From Macrostomum lignano (Eukaryota), in assembly GCA_002269645.1 (NCBI GenBank), contig NIVC01000709.1, positions 248,001 to 312,000 of the forward strand: a stretch of DNA of 64,000 nt, in the 5' to 3' direction. The notes beneath the pieces are model-generated. The model was given only the letters and a program-made list of their open reading frames with translations, had not been told where the DNA came from and searched no databases. The position numbers and the translations under genes were made by a program. This document shows positions 52,210-62,866 of this stretch, piece by piece. How positions within the stretch are numbered: position 1 is the first letter of the stretch; each line of letters begins with the position of its first letter.

Positions 52210-52530
52210 TGAGCTCAGAGAAGCCTGCACACTCGGCCTGACTCACAACTGAAAGGTCGGGGGTTCGATTCTAGACCCACTCGGAACAATTTGTGTCCTT
52301 GAGCAAGACACCTAACCCTGCATTGCTTCAGATCAACCAGCTGTAAAATGGGTGCCGGCATTAGCTGGGGTAATTGAGGGCGTGTGTGGCGACCCCCCAG
52401 TCCTTGGACTGGACAGCCGTACGCAGCCTTCAGATGCGCCGCGCAATAGCTGCGGCTGAGCTGTCGGTTGCACATCTGGCCATTAGCACAGGTGTAATCA
52501 ATTAATATTATAATTATTGGTTACTATTAT
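52210..52530 (+). mobile_element. tRNA-derived SINE (copy 1)
   Basis: B-box GGTTCGATTCT at ~52262; central TGTGTCCTTGAGCAAGACACCTAACC..CAGCTGTAAAATGGGT; AT-rich tail. Homologous to 59848-60157. Confidence 0.85.
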
Positions 52531-52603
52531 TGTTTATTACCTAAGCCAACCCAACAGCACCTGCATGGTTAACGTTTGCAAGCGACACTGGAGTCTCTGA
52601 ATC

Positions 52604-53745
52604 CAGGGGCGTCGCCATGGATTTTGTGGGGAGGTGGGCAAAGCCAAGAATTCTACATGTAAATGCGTGTATATAATAATTCCTTAATTATTTTGAGAAT
52701 CCGTGTTGTCAGCGCTCATTTTGGCGCTGCAGGCGCTCATTTTGGCGCTGCAGGCGCTCATTTTGGCGCTGCAGGCACTCATTTTGGCGCCACATGCACT
52801 CATTTTGGTGCCGCAGTCACTCATTTTGGCGTCGCAGGCACTCATTTTGGCGCCACATGCACTCATTTTGGTGCCGCAGTCACTCATTTTAGCGCCGCAG
52901 GCACTCAATTTGGCGCCGCAGACAGGCACTCATTTTGGCGCCGCAGACAGGCACTCATTTTGGCGCCGCAGGCATTCATTTTGGCGCCGCAGGCACTCAT
53001 TTTGGCGCCGCAGACAGGCACTCATTTTGGCGCCGCAGGCATTCATTTTGGCGCCGCAGACAGGCACTTATTTTGGCGCCGCAGACAGGCACTCATTTTG
53101 GCGCCGCAGGCATTCATTTTGGCGCCGCAGGCACTCATTTTGGCGCCGCAGACAGGCACTCATTTTGGCGCCGCAGACACTCATTTTGGCGCCGCAGGCA
53201 TTCATTTTGGCGCCGCAGACAGGCACTTATTTTGGCGCCGCAGACAGGCACTCATTTTGGCGCCGCAAGCACTCAATTTGGCGCCGCAGACAGGCACTCA
53301 TTTTGGCGCCGCAGACAGGCACTCATTTTTGCGCCGCAGGCATTCATTTTGGCGCCGCAGGCACTCATTTTGGCGCCGCAGACAGGCACTCATTTTGGCG
53401 CCGCAGGCATTCATTTTGGCGCCGCAGACAGGCACTTATTTTGGCGCCGCAGACAGGCACTCATTTTGGCGCCGCAGGCATTCATTTTGGCGCCGCAGGC
53501 ACTCATTTTGGCGCCGCAGACACTCATTTTGGCGCCGCAGGCATTCATTTTGGCGCCGCAGACAGGCACTTATTTTGGCGCCGCAGACAGGCACTCATTT
53601 TGGCGCCGCAGGCATTCATTTTGGCGCCGCAGGCACTCATTTTGGCGCCGCAGACAGGCACTCATTTTGGCGCCGCAGACACTCATTTTGGCGCCGCAGG
53701 CACTCATTTTGGCGCCGCAGACAGGCTCTCATTTTGGCGCCGCAC
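52604..53745. mobile_element. hAT-type MITE, left part (CAGGGGCGTCGCCA end), with ~1-kb expanded internal minisatellite
   Basis: Left end matches the TIR of the complete copy at 62380. Internal (GGCACTCATTTTGGCGCCGCA) units of 21/27 bp span ~52700-53745. Right TIR not found. Confidence 0.75.
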
Positions 53746-53857
53746 GTGCTATGTTCTCACTAGAAAAGGTGAGAAGCAGTGTGAGTTGGTTGTGCCGCCA
53801 TATTTATTGTTACTGAGCAGGTTTTGGTTCATTGAGTACACTGAGGATGTGCTACAG

Positions 53858-54526
53858 CAGAGGTCGGCAAAGTTTTTTACTTCAAGGGCCAGATAAAGCA
53901 CCTAGCTATTGGCTGCGGCCCAGATGAGAGCGAAAAGAAGAGAGAATAAGAATAAAGGAAAGAAGAGAAGAGATAAAAAGGAGAGAAGAGAGAGGAGAGA
54001 AGAGAAAAGATAAAAGAGGGAAGAGAAGAGAGAAGAAAGGAGAGAAGAGAGGAGAAAGGAGAAGAGAAAAGAAGAGAGAGGAGGGGGAGAGGAGAGAAGA
54101 GAAAAAAGAAAAGAGGGAAGAGAGAAGAGAAGAGAGGAGAGAAGAGAGGAGAGAAGAGGGGGCAGAGGAGAGAAAAGAGAGGAGGGGGAGAGGAGAGAAG
54201 AGAGGAGAGAAGAGGGGGCAGAGGAGAGAAAAGAGGAGAGAAGAGGGGGCAGAGGAGAGAAAAGAGAGGAGGGGGAGAGGAGAGAAGAGAGGAGAGAAGA
54301 GGGGGCAGAGGAGAGAAAAGAGAGGAGGGGGAGAGGAGAGAAGAGAGAAGAGAAAAGAGAAGAGAGGGAGAGGAGAAAAGAGAAGAGAGAGGAGGGGCAG
54401 AGGAGAGAAAAGATCTCAAGCGGACCGGATCGCTGTTGTGAAGTTTCAAAGGACCCTTTTTCTCTCTCGAATAGAGAGGCTTCGCGGGCTGCATGTGGCC
54501 TTCGGGCCGGAGTTCGCTGGCCATTG
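53858..54526. mobile_element. Charlie/hAT-like MITE with expanded purine-rich core
   Basis: 5' CAGAGGTCGGCAAAG..AAGGGCCAGAT and 3' CGGGCTGCATGTGGCC..GGGCCGGAGTT resemble Charlie-type ends. The right TIR and 8-bp TSD (TGCTACAG / TGCTAGGA) are degenerate. Confidence 0.55.
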
Positions 54527-54539
54527 TGCTAGGAAAAAG

Positions 54540-56619
54540 AGGGCCATGGAACCTGGGCGAGAGTTCAAGCTGGGCATGCTAAAACTCTGGTGAAAGCAGT
54601 TTTCCGACCCGACTGGCGCCACCAGGACCGACCGTGCGCCCCGGCCGAGTTGCCGCCGCTGGTGGCGTTGCAGCGACCGCCGGCGCAGAAGGAGCCGCCG
54701 CCGCCTCCCGCCTGGCCGCTGTCGAAGCCGCTGCCGCCGCCGCTTCACCCAACCGGCCAGGAAGTTCATGCCGGTCGAGTCGATGCCGTTCGGTCCGCCC
54801 TGACCGTCGATGCCTGCGGTTGGGTTGGGGGGGGGGTTCGAGCACCGGTCCTGGCCCCTGCGCACACAGGTTGTTCAAGAACTCGCACGTGACCCTTGGC
54901 TGTTACCTGCAAAGTACACCGCTGCGCCTCCTCCGCCACCAGCAGCCAGGAGCAGCTCCGCCTCGGTGTACACGAAGGAGCCTCCGCCTCCGCCGGACAC
55001 GCAGTTGTCAGAGCAGGCCGGGTTAGCATGCGAGCTGCTCCTGCCCCGCTGGCCAACAACAACGGTCAGCACGGTGCCGGCCGAGAGGTTGAAGAACCCG
55101 GCGATGCGGGCACCGCGACCTCCTTCGTACAGCTCTGGCTCGGGGTCGACGGTCTGGCAGTTGATGGAGCCGCCGCTGGCTCCGAGCGCTTCGATGCGGT
55201 AGCAGCCGGTCTGCGGCACGGCGGCGGCCTGCACGGACCCTGCGGCACCTTCGTGTGGGTCTGCAGTGTCGGGGTGGGGCCGCACGGACCCTGCGGAACC
55301 TTCGTGCGGGTCTGCAGTGTCGGGGTGGGGCCGCACGGACGTTGCGGAACCTTCGTGCGGGTCTGCAAAGTGTCGGGGTGGGGGGCGAAGCAGGTCCACT
55401 TTCTCACTCACTGAGGAACTGCGTGTCGTTGGCCACCACCTGCTGCGGAGCAGCCGTGGAGACCTCCGTCTGCTGTCTCATCAGCACTCGGAACTGCTCA
55501 GTCACCCACACCTCGTCGCCTTCAGCGCCTCCCACGGTTGCTCCGTCCCGGCTGCAGCCGTCGGTCTGATAGAAGTGCACCAGCTGGCAGAGGCGGGCCC
55601 TCTGGTTGAAGCTGAGCAGCGCGCACTGCAGCTTGACGCAGAGAGCGGCGCAGTGGCCCAGCGACTTGCCTGCGGCCTCTTCTGCGGCCTTGGCGGACCC
55701 GCGTGCAGGTGCAGCCCGTTGATGCCAGCCTCTGCCGAACTCGCTGAGGCGTCAGTTCGGGTTGGTGTGAGATGTGGCTATTGCTGCAGGTGCAGTGTGA
55801 GCTGAGGTGTTGGTGTGAGATGTGGCTATTGCTGCAGGTGCAGTGTGAGCTGAGGTGTTGGTGTGAGATGTGGCTATTGCTGCAGGTGCAGTGGGAGCTG
55901 AGGTGTCAGTTCGGGTTGGTGTGAGATGTGGCTATTGCTGCAGGTGCAGAGTGAGCTGAGGTGTTGGTGTGAGATGTGGCTATTGCTGCAGGTGCAGTGT
56001 GAGCTGAGGTGTTGGTGTGAGATGTGGCTATTGCTGCAGGTGCAGTGTGAGCTGAGGTGTTGGTGTGAGATGTGGCTATTGCTGCAGGTGCAGTGTGAGC
56101 TGAGGTGTTGGTGGGAGATGTGGCTATTGCTGCAGGTGCAGAGTGAGCTGAGGTGTTGGTGTGAGATGTGGCTATTGCTGCAGGGCAGTGTGAGCTGAGG
56201 TGTTGGTGGGAGATGTGGCTATTGCTGCAGGTGCAGAGTGAGCTGAGGTGTTGGTGTGAGATGTGGCTATTGCTGCAGGTGCAGAGTGAGCTGAAGTGTT
56301 GGTGTGAGATGTGGCTATTGCTGCAGGTGCAGTGGGAGCTGAGGTGTCAGTTCGGGTTGGTGTGAGATGTGGCTTTTGCTGCAGGTGCAGTGTGAGCTGA
56401 GGTGTTGGTGTGAGATGTGGCTTTTGCTGCAGGTGCAGTGGGAGCTGAGGTGTTGGTGTGAGATGTGGCTATTGCTGCAGGTGCAGTGTGAGCTGAGGTG
56501 CCAGTTCGGGTTGGTGTGAGGTCTTTGGGTATTTATCAAGTTATTCTATGCTGCTTACCGCAGTTCCAGCAGATTGCCAGCGCAGACCAGAGCAACTTTC
56601 GATTCAATTTAGCTGTCAT
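54540..56619 (-). CDS. Secreted protein: signal peptide + PAN domain + ALK/LTK-type glycine-rich domain, no kinase
   Basis: Exon1 56559-56619 (MTAKLNRKLLWSALAICWNC). Exon2 55412-55743 (SLGHCAALCVKLQCALLSFNQRARLCQL; 1 nt short in a G-run). Exon3 from 55239 (VPQTGCYRIEALGASGG..GGRGARI..L..VVGQRG..GGGGGSF..AAGGGGG..GGGGGSF..GN..HG). Further frameshifts in exon 3; 3' end uncertain. Confidence 0.72.
55240..55395. repeat. 51-bp tandem repeat (3 copies) spanning a 3' splice site
   Basis: Translates as the 17-aa repeat ADPHEGSAGSVRPHPDT in ORF 54875-55411. Confidence 0.9.
55755..56520. repeat. 48-bp intronic minisatellite
   Basis: Unit TGGTGTGAGATGTGGCTATTGCTGCAGGTGCAGTGTGAGCTGAGGTGT in intron 1 of the PAN/Gly-rich gene. 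Confidence 0.96.
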
Positions 56620-57876
56620 GGCGTTGATTTTTTCTGAGCTGGCAAACAGTCAGGACCGGATCTGCCGGTTTGTCTTCTTTTATACCTGGCATCTCACTGC
56701 TGTGGTTGGTCGCTTTCCATTTATTGGATTGCATTAAATTGATTGCAGCTGCCTGCATCTCTCTGTATATTTTTACTCTCAATTGTATCTCAGGTGCCGA
56801 CGTCAGTAAGAGATTCTGCTGTCAGATGATCGCAGCTCTAATATTTGTTATTGGTTGCATTTTCACTTGCAGATTCTACCCTTCAAATGTGCGATGTGTT
56901 TCCTGCTGAGGTTCTGGCAAGCTTTGATTTGAAAGCCTTCCGGATGGCTTTTTGTGAAGATGTCTGTCGCATTGGTTCTTGAGTATCTTTATCCAGTTTA
57001 GAAAGAAAATTCGGCTCAAAGTTTTGTATTTACTCAAAAACATGATCTTTTTTATTCGCAGAGATCACAGAGATCACGCTCGAAAACTGTAAGATCAGTC
57101 TGCAATCTTATACAGAAATTTTTCTCTCAATCAGTTGTTGATTCCCTCGTAATGCCCGGCATCTGCAACACGAATTTCTTCGACACTTTAATTTTCTTTT
57201 TTCGACTTTTTAATGCTCTACTGTCAGTAGAACAAGTAAATCGATCTTATTTTACATTTCGATCAATAATCGTGTCTTTTGTGCAAAGCGACTGCCTGTC
57301 TCCGCAAGGCTGTAGACTGCCTGTCTCCGCAAGGCTGTAGACTGCCTGTCTCCACAGAGTGTTCGTGCATGTCTGACATGGCTGCGATTCATGCCAGCTT
57401 ACACAGATAGACCAAACAACACTCGCTCAAGGTGAATGTTTGCAATGAGTTTTTTTCAATTCTGGAAACAGCCAGACTTAAAGAACCGGGATCTCCGTAG
57501 CCCAGGCCCAAAAGGAGGCATTAAATTCCGTGTATACTTTGCCAAGCCTATATTTGTTCTGACATATTTGCCCCAGCTTTTGCACTGAGATGCCCTTCCT
57601 AGCGAGAAAAGCTATCAACGCGTGAAATCGTCTCGATGACTGACCCGAGCGTGATAGGCAGGCTGTTAATGAGTTAAATAGTGTTCTACAGCACGGAGCC
57701 TATGCAAGCTTCTGTTGACATGGAAACCAAAGAAATAAAGCCGGAGCGCGAGAGCAACCCCCCCCCATTCCTAGAAATTGGGAATGGATATTGGAGAGCG
57801 CTTTCGCTAGCGTAAATTCGCAACTGAAAGCCAGAAAGCTTCAGAACAGGTTTCTGCATAATCTGAAAATGTACTG

Positions 57877-60800
57877 ATGAAGCTTAACTCTCAGCTACCG
57901 ATCAGCCTGAGTTCCTGATAGCTGGGTGCTCGGCCTCCAGCTGCCAGCAGCCGCTGCTCAAGCTGACCAAGAGCTCCGGCTGCGCGGCCGACCCGGGCTC
58001 CGCACAGCGGTCTCTGCAACAGAGTAGCAAGCAGCAGTGCGCGATGTCCTGCGCCAGGCAGACATGGTGCGCAGCTCTGAGCACAGATGAGTTCGACGTC
58101 TGCCGACTGTTCACAGCGGAGACCGCGCTGCTCCGCTGGAATGCGTCCTGCCGCGGGCAGTCAGCCATGGTTTTCGGCGACAGGCTGCGCAGCTTTCAGG
58201 CCGGTGAGCAGACCGCTGTTTGAACCAATATTTACGCTTTCCCAACTGCAGCTGGGCATCGCCATGAATTCCATGGTAGGTGGGAGACAAAGCCAAGAAT
58301 GCCAGACATCCACTAAATTGCTACGTTATTTTGGGAATCAGTGTTGTTAGCACTCATTCTGACGCCACAGGCACTCATTTTGGCTCTGCAGGCACTCATT
58401 TTGGCGCTGCAGGCACTCATTTTGACGCTGCAGGCACTCATTTTGGCGCTGCAGGCACTCATTTTGGCTCTGCAGGCACTCATTTTGGCGCTGCAGGCAC
58501 TCATTTTGACGCTGCAGGCACTCATTTTGGCGCTGCAGGCACTCATTTTGGCGCTGCAGGCACTCATTTTGGCTCTGCAGGCACTCATTTTGGCGCTGAT
58601 AAGAAGAAAGGAGAGAAGAGGGAGAGAGGAGAAAAGAGAGGAGAGAAGAAAAGGAGAAGAGAGGAGAGAAGAGAAAGGAGAGAAGAGAAGATATAAGAGG
58701 AGAGAGAAGAGAGAGGAGGGGCAGAGGAGAGAAAAGATCTTGAGCGGACCGGATCGCTGTTGTGAAGTTTCAAAGGACCCTTTCTCTCTCTCGGATAGAG
58801 AGGCTTCGCGGGCACTCATTTTGATGCCGAAAGAGCTATATTTTGGCACACTGAAGCAAAACGATTGATTTCCATAACGGGTCCCAAGGTGGGGCGGGGG
58901 GACATTCGCATGTTCCCCTATCGCTTTTCTGGGCAAACAGAGAAAATCTTGCACTATTTTAGACTATTTAGCGGCTCGAAACATGACCCGGAAGTGGCTG
59001 CTCATCCCAAGCAACTCCGCAAAGATCTTTGCCGCCTGGCTGCTGCACCAGCCGGCTGCCTCATCGCTCATTGCCTGCGTTGCCAAGTGCAGCGAAGTGC
59101 CCGCCTGTCGCGGGATTCTGTTCAGTTCCAACTCCAGCAACTGCTCACTGCTCACCGACTACCCGCTGTGCCGCTGGTTTGAGCGCCCACCGAGCAGCTC
59201 TCAGCTCTACGTGAGAGTTGAATAAAATGATTAGTGAATGATAGTAGATGAATGAATTAATGCGTACTGCGTGTGTATAAAACTTTCTTACTCAGGAATT
59301 CTACACAGTGAGGACTCAGCAGTGCTTTGAGACGGTCAACCTACGCGTGTCGGACGCGCTCAGCTTCGACCGGCAGTGGGCCGAGTACAGGACCGGCTTC
59401 GGTGCTTATCATAGCAACTACTTTGCTGGTGAACTGAGTTCTACTCATATTTTATTTTAATGCACTACTGACAGCTTCTACTGATAAATGTCATTAGTTA
59501 AGGTTAGGGTTGGAGTTTAGGTTATGGGTTGGGGTTTAGGTTATGGGTTGAGGTTTAGGTTAGGAGGTTGGGGTTTAGGTTATGGGGTTGGGGTTTAGGA
59601 TATGGGGTTGGAGTTTAGGTTATGGGGTTGGGGTTTAGGTTAGGAGGTTGGAGTTTAGGTTATGGAGTTGGGGTTTAGGTTATGGGGTTGGGGTTTAGGT
59701 TATGGGGTTGGAGTTTAGGTTATGGGGTTGGGGTTTAGGTTATGGGGTTGGGGTTTAGGTTATGGGGTTGGGGTTTAGGTTATGGGGTTGGGGTTTAGGT
59801 TATGGGGTTGGGGTTTAGGTTATGGGGTTGGGGTTTAGGTTATGGTCAGTAATGAATTATTATTATTATTGATTACACCGCCCCTATTGGGCCAGATGTA
59901 CAACCGACAGCTCAGCCGCAGCTATTGCGCGGCGCATCTGAAGGCTGCGTACGGCTGTTCAGTCCAAGGACTGGGGGGTCGCCACACAGCCTCAATTACC
60001 CCAGCTAATGCTGGCACCCATTTTACAGCTGGGTGAACTGAAGCAATGCAGAGTTAAGTGTCTTGCGCAAGGACACAAATTGTTCAAATGGGGATCAGGA
60101 ATCGAACCCTTGACCTTCATGTCGTGAATTCGACGCTCTGACCACTAGGCTACAACCTTCCAGGGTTTAGGCTAGGGTTGGGGATTAGGTTTGGGTTGGG
60201 GATTAGGTTTGGGTTGGGGATTAGGTTTGGGTTTGGGATTAGGTTTGGGTTGGGGATTAGGTTTGGGTTGGAGATTAGGTTTGGGTTGGGGATTAGGTTT
60301 GGCTGGGGATTAGGTTTGGGTTGGGGTTTAGGATATGGTTGGGGTTTAGGTTTGCGTTGGGGATTAGGATTAAGCATAATGTTAGTTACATGTAGGTTCA
60401 GGGCTAGGTTGGCGGTCAAAATGTTGGCGGTCAAATTGCAGCAGACTCACTCTTCGATGCCTTGAATCCAGGCCTGGAGTGGCTGCACAAGCGTACCGGC
60501 GAGCAGCCCAGCAGCAACCGGTTCCGCGTCGACCTGCTGTATTGGAACGACACCTACATCTACGCATATTACCTGAACGTTGTCATCCTTTCGGAAATAA
60601 AAAACTTCACGGTTGCTGCTTACACTTATCTGAGCGTGTCCGGTGGAGGTCTTGAGGATGACCTGTTTGCAGGCCCTGGTGCCCAGTTCTTGACCCGAGA
60701 TCATGGGTCAGTCACTGCGGCAGTGCTGTAAGTTGTGCAGAAATCTACCTGCCGCACTGGCACGGCTGCTGCCACCGCTCGGGACCGTTCGGCAAATACT

Positions 60801-60937
60801 TCAACTATCCGACTGCGGTGAATGTCTCTGCAGCTGACAGAGCCAAGGGCATCGTGTGGGCTCGCAATGCTCCCAGGAACCTGACGGATGGATTTTATTA
60901 CAGCTTCAAGCAGCTGGAGATTGCCATGCTTACCTGA
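57877..60937 (+). CDS. Secreted protein: signal peptide + 2 PAN domains + fibrinogen-related domain (FReD), 4 exons
   Basis: Exons 57877-58203, 58972-59210, 59296-59428, 60472-60937. PAN1 QQCAMSCARQTWCAAL..C; PAN2 IACVAKCSEVPACRGILF..C; FReD FDRQWAEYRTGFG, GLEWLH..RVDL..W..YAYY, FLTRD, SCA..WH..C, GIVW..YSFK. Single-base deletions near 57917 and 60714 shift the frame. Confidence 0.8.
58250..58925. mobile_element. Degenerate chimeric copy of the hAT MITE in intron 1 of the PAN-PAN-FReD gene
   Basis: Left end resembles 52604; contains GGCACTCATTTTGGCGCTGCA 21-mers; carries a purine-rich tract plus ~80 bp (AGCGGACCGGATCGCTGTTGTGAAGTTTCAAAGGACCC) nearly identical to 54418-54490. Confidence 0.7.
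59495..59845. repeat. Telomere-like G-rich 20-bp array (GGGGTTGGGGTTTAGGTTAT)
   Basis: Intron 3 of the FReD gene, left of the SINE. Confidence 0.93.
59848..60157 (-). mobile_element. Full-length tRNA-derived SINE (copy 2)
   Basis: Minus strand reads GGTTGTAGCCTAGTGG (A-box) .. GGTTCGATTCC (B-box), central TGTGTCCTTGCGCAAGACACTTAAC..CAGCTGTAAAATGGGT, then a (TAA)n tail. Confidence 0.9.
60165..60405. repeat. Telomere-like G-rich 18-bp array (GGGTTGGGGATTAGGTTT)
   Basis: Intron 3 of the FReD gene, right of the SINE. Confidence 0.92.
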
Positions 60938-62379
60938 GCAGGTGGAGTGCATGCACATGGTTATTGGCCAAATTTTTACGATATTCCTCTCGTGAACTAT
61001 TTTGTTTAACTACTCACAGTAGCGCAGCAGTTAAAATCCACCGTATTTAAATTCGCATTGTAAGGTTCAAGTCACAAAGTCACGGTGTGACATTCAGCTT
61101 CGGCAGAAAAAGCACAAAATGTTTCTGAAAAGCACAAAAATGAAACTTTCTCTAAATGGCAAAATTGTTTGTTGCTTTTAAATGCTCCGTTTTTTTCAAA
61201 GTCTCATTTCAGTAACCACTAAAAAGAAAATTTACGCAACCATAAATTGTGTTAAATATTTTTGACGGTTGAACTGTAAAATTGCGCATGCAGTCAGAAT
61301 TTTTTGTTCAGAACTTTGGTCTCATCAAAGATAAATAGAATCTAATGCACGACAAAAGCTATCTAGCTATTTGGAGGAAAAGTATACAGAGATAGAGATA
61401 CGCGCGCAAGAGTGTACTACTACATCCGTGTACGTACATACATGCACATGTACATGATAAAGAGGCACGGTGTGCACTCTGCACAGGATCGCATGAAGTA
61501 GCCTAGTTATTTTTGCATCACCGCAAACCAGAGGAATAGCGGAGATGGCTGCAACTTCTTCCGAGCGAGAGATCAAAAATCGTCACAAAGAAACTGCATG
61601 TACATGTATAGTAGCTCTCGCATGCAATCGCATGCAATATCGGAGATTAAGTTTTGATAATCAGTTCGAACTTGTTTGAAAAATATTTGATTTCTAAATT
61701 TTCGGAAATATAGGCAGTATAGCTATGCTTTTATAAAATTAGAATTTTTAGAGTCTGCATGCCTGTCGAAAAGTCGTGACCATAAATTGACTCTTTGCAT
61801 ATGTCATTTGTACATGCATGCTTGGGAAAAAGCTGTTTTACAAACAGATCGACAGAGTTACTTGCACTGTGTATTAAAAGTCTATCAGTGACCTGTAGTT
61901 TAAAGCAATTAAAAATAATTCCTACACTAATTTTTTATGACGATATTTTTAGCTATCTCAAATTAAACGAGTACATGCATGTATTAGGGAATCGTTGTCA
62001 TAGCCTTCGGCAAGCTTTTCAAGAAACGATCGATTGTGTCCCGTCATAAAAGCTTGTTCACACCGCCATCAAAATTTTCATCAAATCCAAAAACTAGCAT
62101 AGAATGCGCAAAGCAACGAGAAATTAAGCTGTACACGCGCTGTATGGTGGCACAACAAATGGAGCTTTTTAAGACGGTTGTGAGCGGCCGGGGCATTCGT
62201 GTCTTTGGTCGCTGAGCATTTCATACCGCCCAAAAGTCGGATATAAGCATGCATCATTTATCAGCCTTTCAAGAACTATTTAACCTTTATCCGAGTGCTG
62301 CTTGCTTCTTCTAAAGCAGGCCTTGGTAACAAATTAATTTTGCTACATTTTGACGTCTCGATACGTACAATAATGCAGC

Positions 62380-62866
62380 CAGGGGGCGTCGCCATGTGGA
62401 TTTTATGGTGGGGGGACCAGGGACAACTTAAACTGAGTTGTCCCTGGGGGGACAAAGCCCATAATTATACATGTACGTCATGTCCCCTCACATGACTAAA
62501 TTCTTAATGCACATTATTTTCAACTGTACATGTAGTTGAGAAACAATGAGATCAGTCACTGACTGTAGTTGAGGAACAGTCACAGCGCACAAACTGAGTC
62601 ACTCAGAATCGGTGTTTTCAGCACTCATTTTAGCGCCGCAGGCACTCATTTAGCGCCGCAGGCACTCATTTTAGCGCCAAAAACAATCCTTTTAGAGCCG
62701 CAGACTCATTTTAGAGCCGCAGGTATTTATGTTTTGTCGCCCAGCAGCAAAATTATTGATTACGGGTCACACGGTGGGGTGGGGGGACAAAGCATTGGCA
62801 TCCCCCCCAGATCTTTTACTGAGGGACATGTCCCCCCCCTTGTCCCCCCGTTGGCGGCGCCCCCTG
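62380..62866. mobile_element. Complete hAT-type MITE (487 bp)
   Basis: TIRs CAGGGGGCGTCGCCA / TGGCGGCGCCCCCTG. 8-bp TSD AATGCAGC / GATGCAGC (7/8). Only about 4 internal CACTCATTT(T)AGCGCCGCAGG units. Confidence 0.88.

Noticed and set aside
52663-53896. Long overlapping ORFs (366, 397 and 293 aa) in three frames
   Set aside because: They come from the MITE-internal minisatellite and are open in all frames because the unit lacks stops.
59848-60157. tRNA gene (A and B boxes present)
   Set aside because: No complete cloverleaf; it continues into a SINE body and tail shared with 52210-52530.
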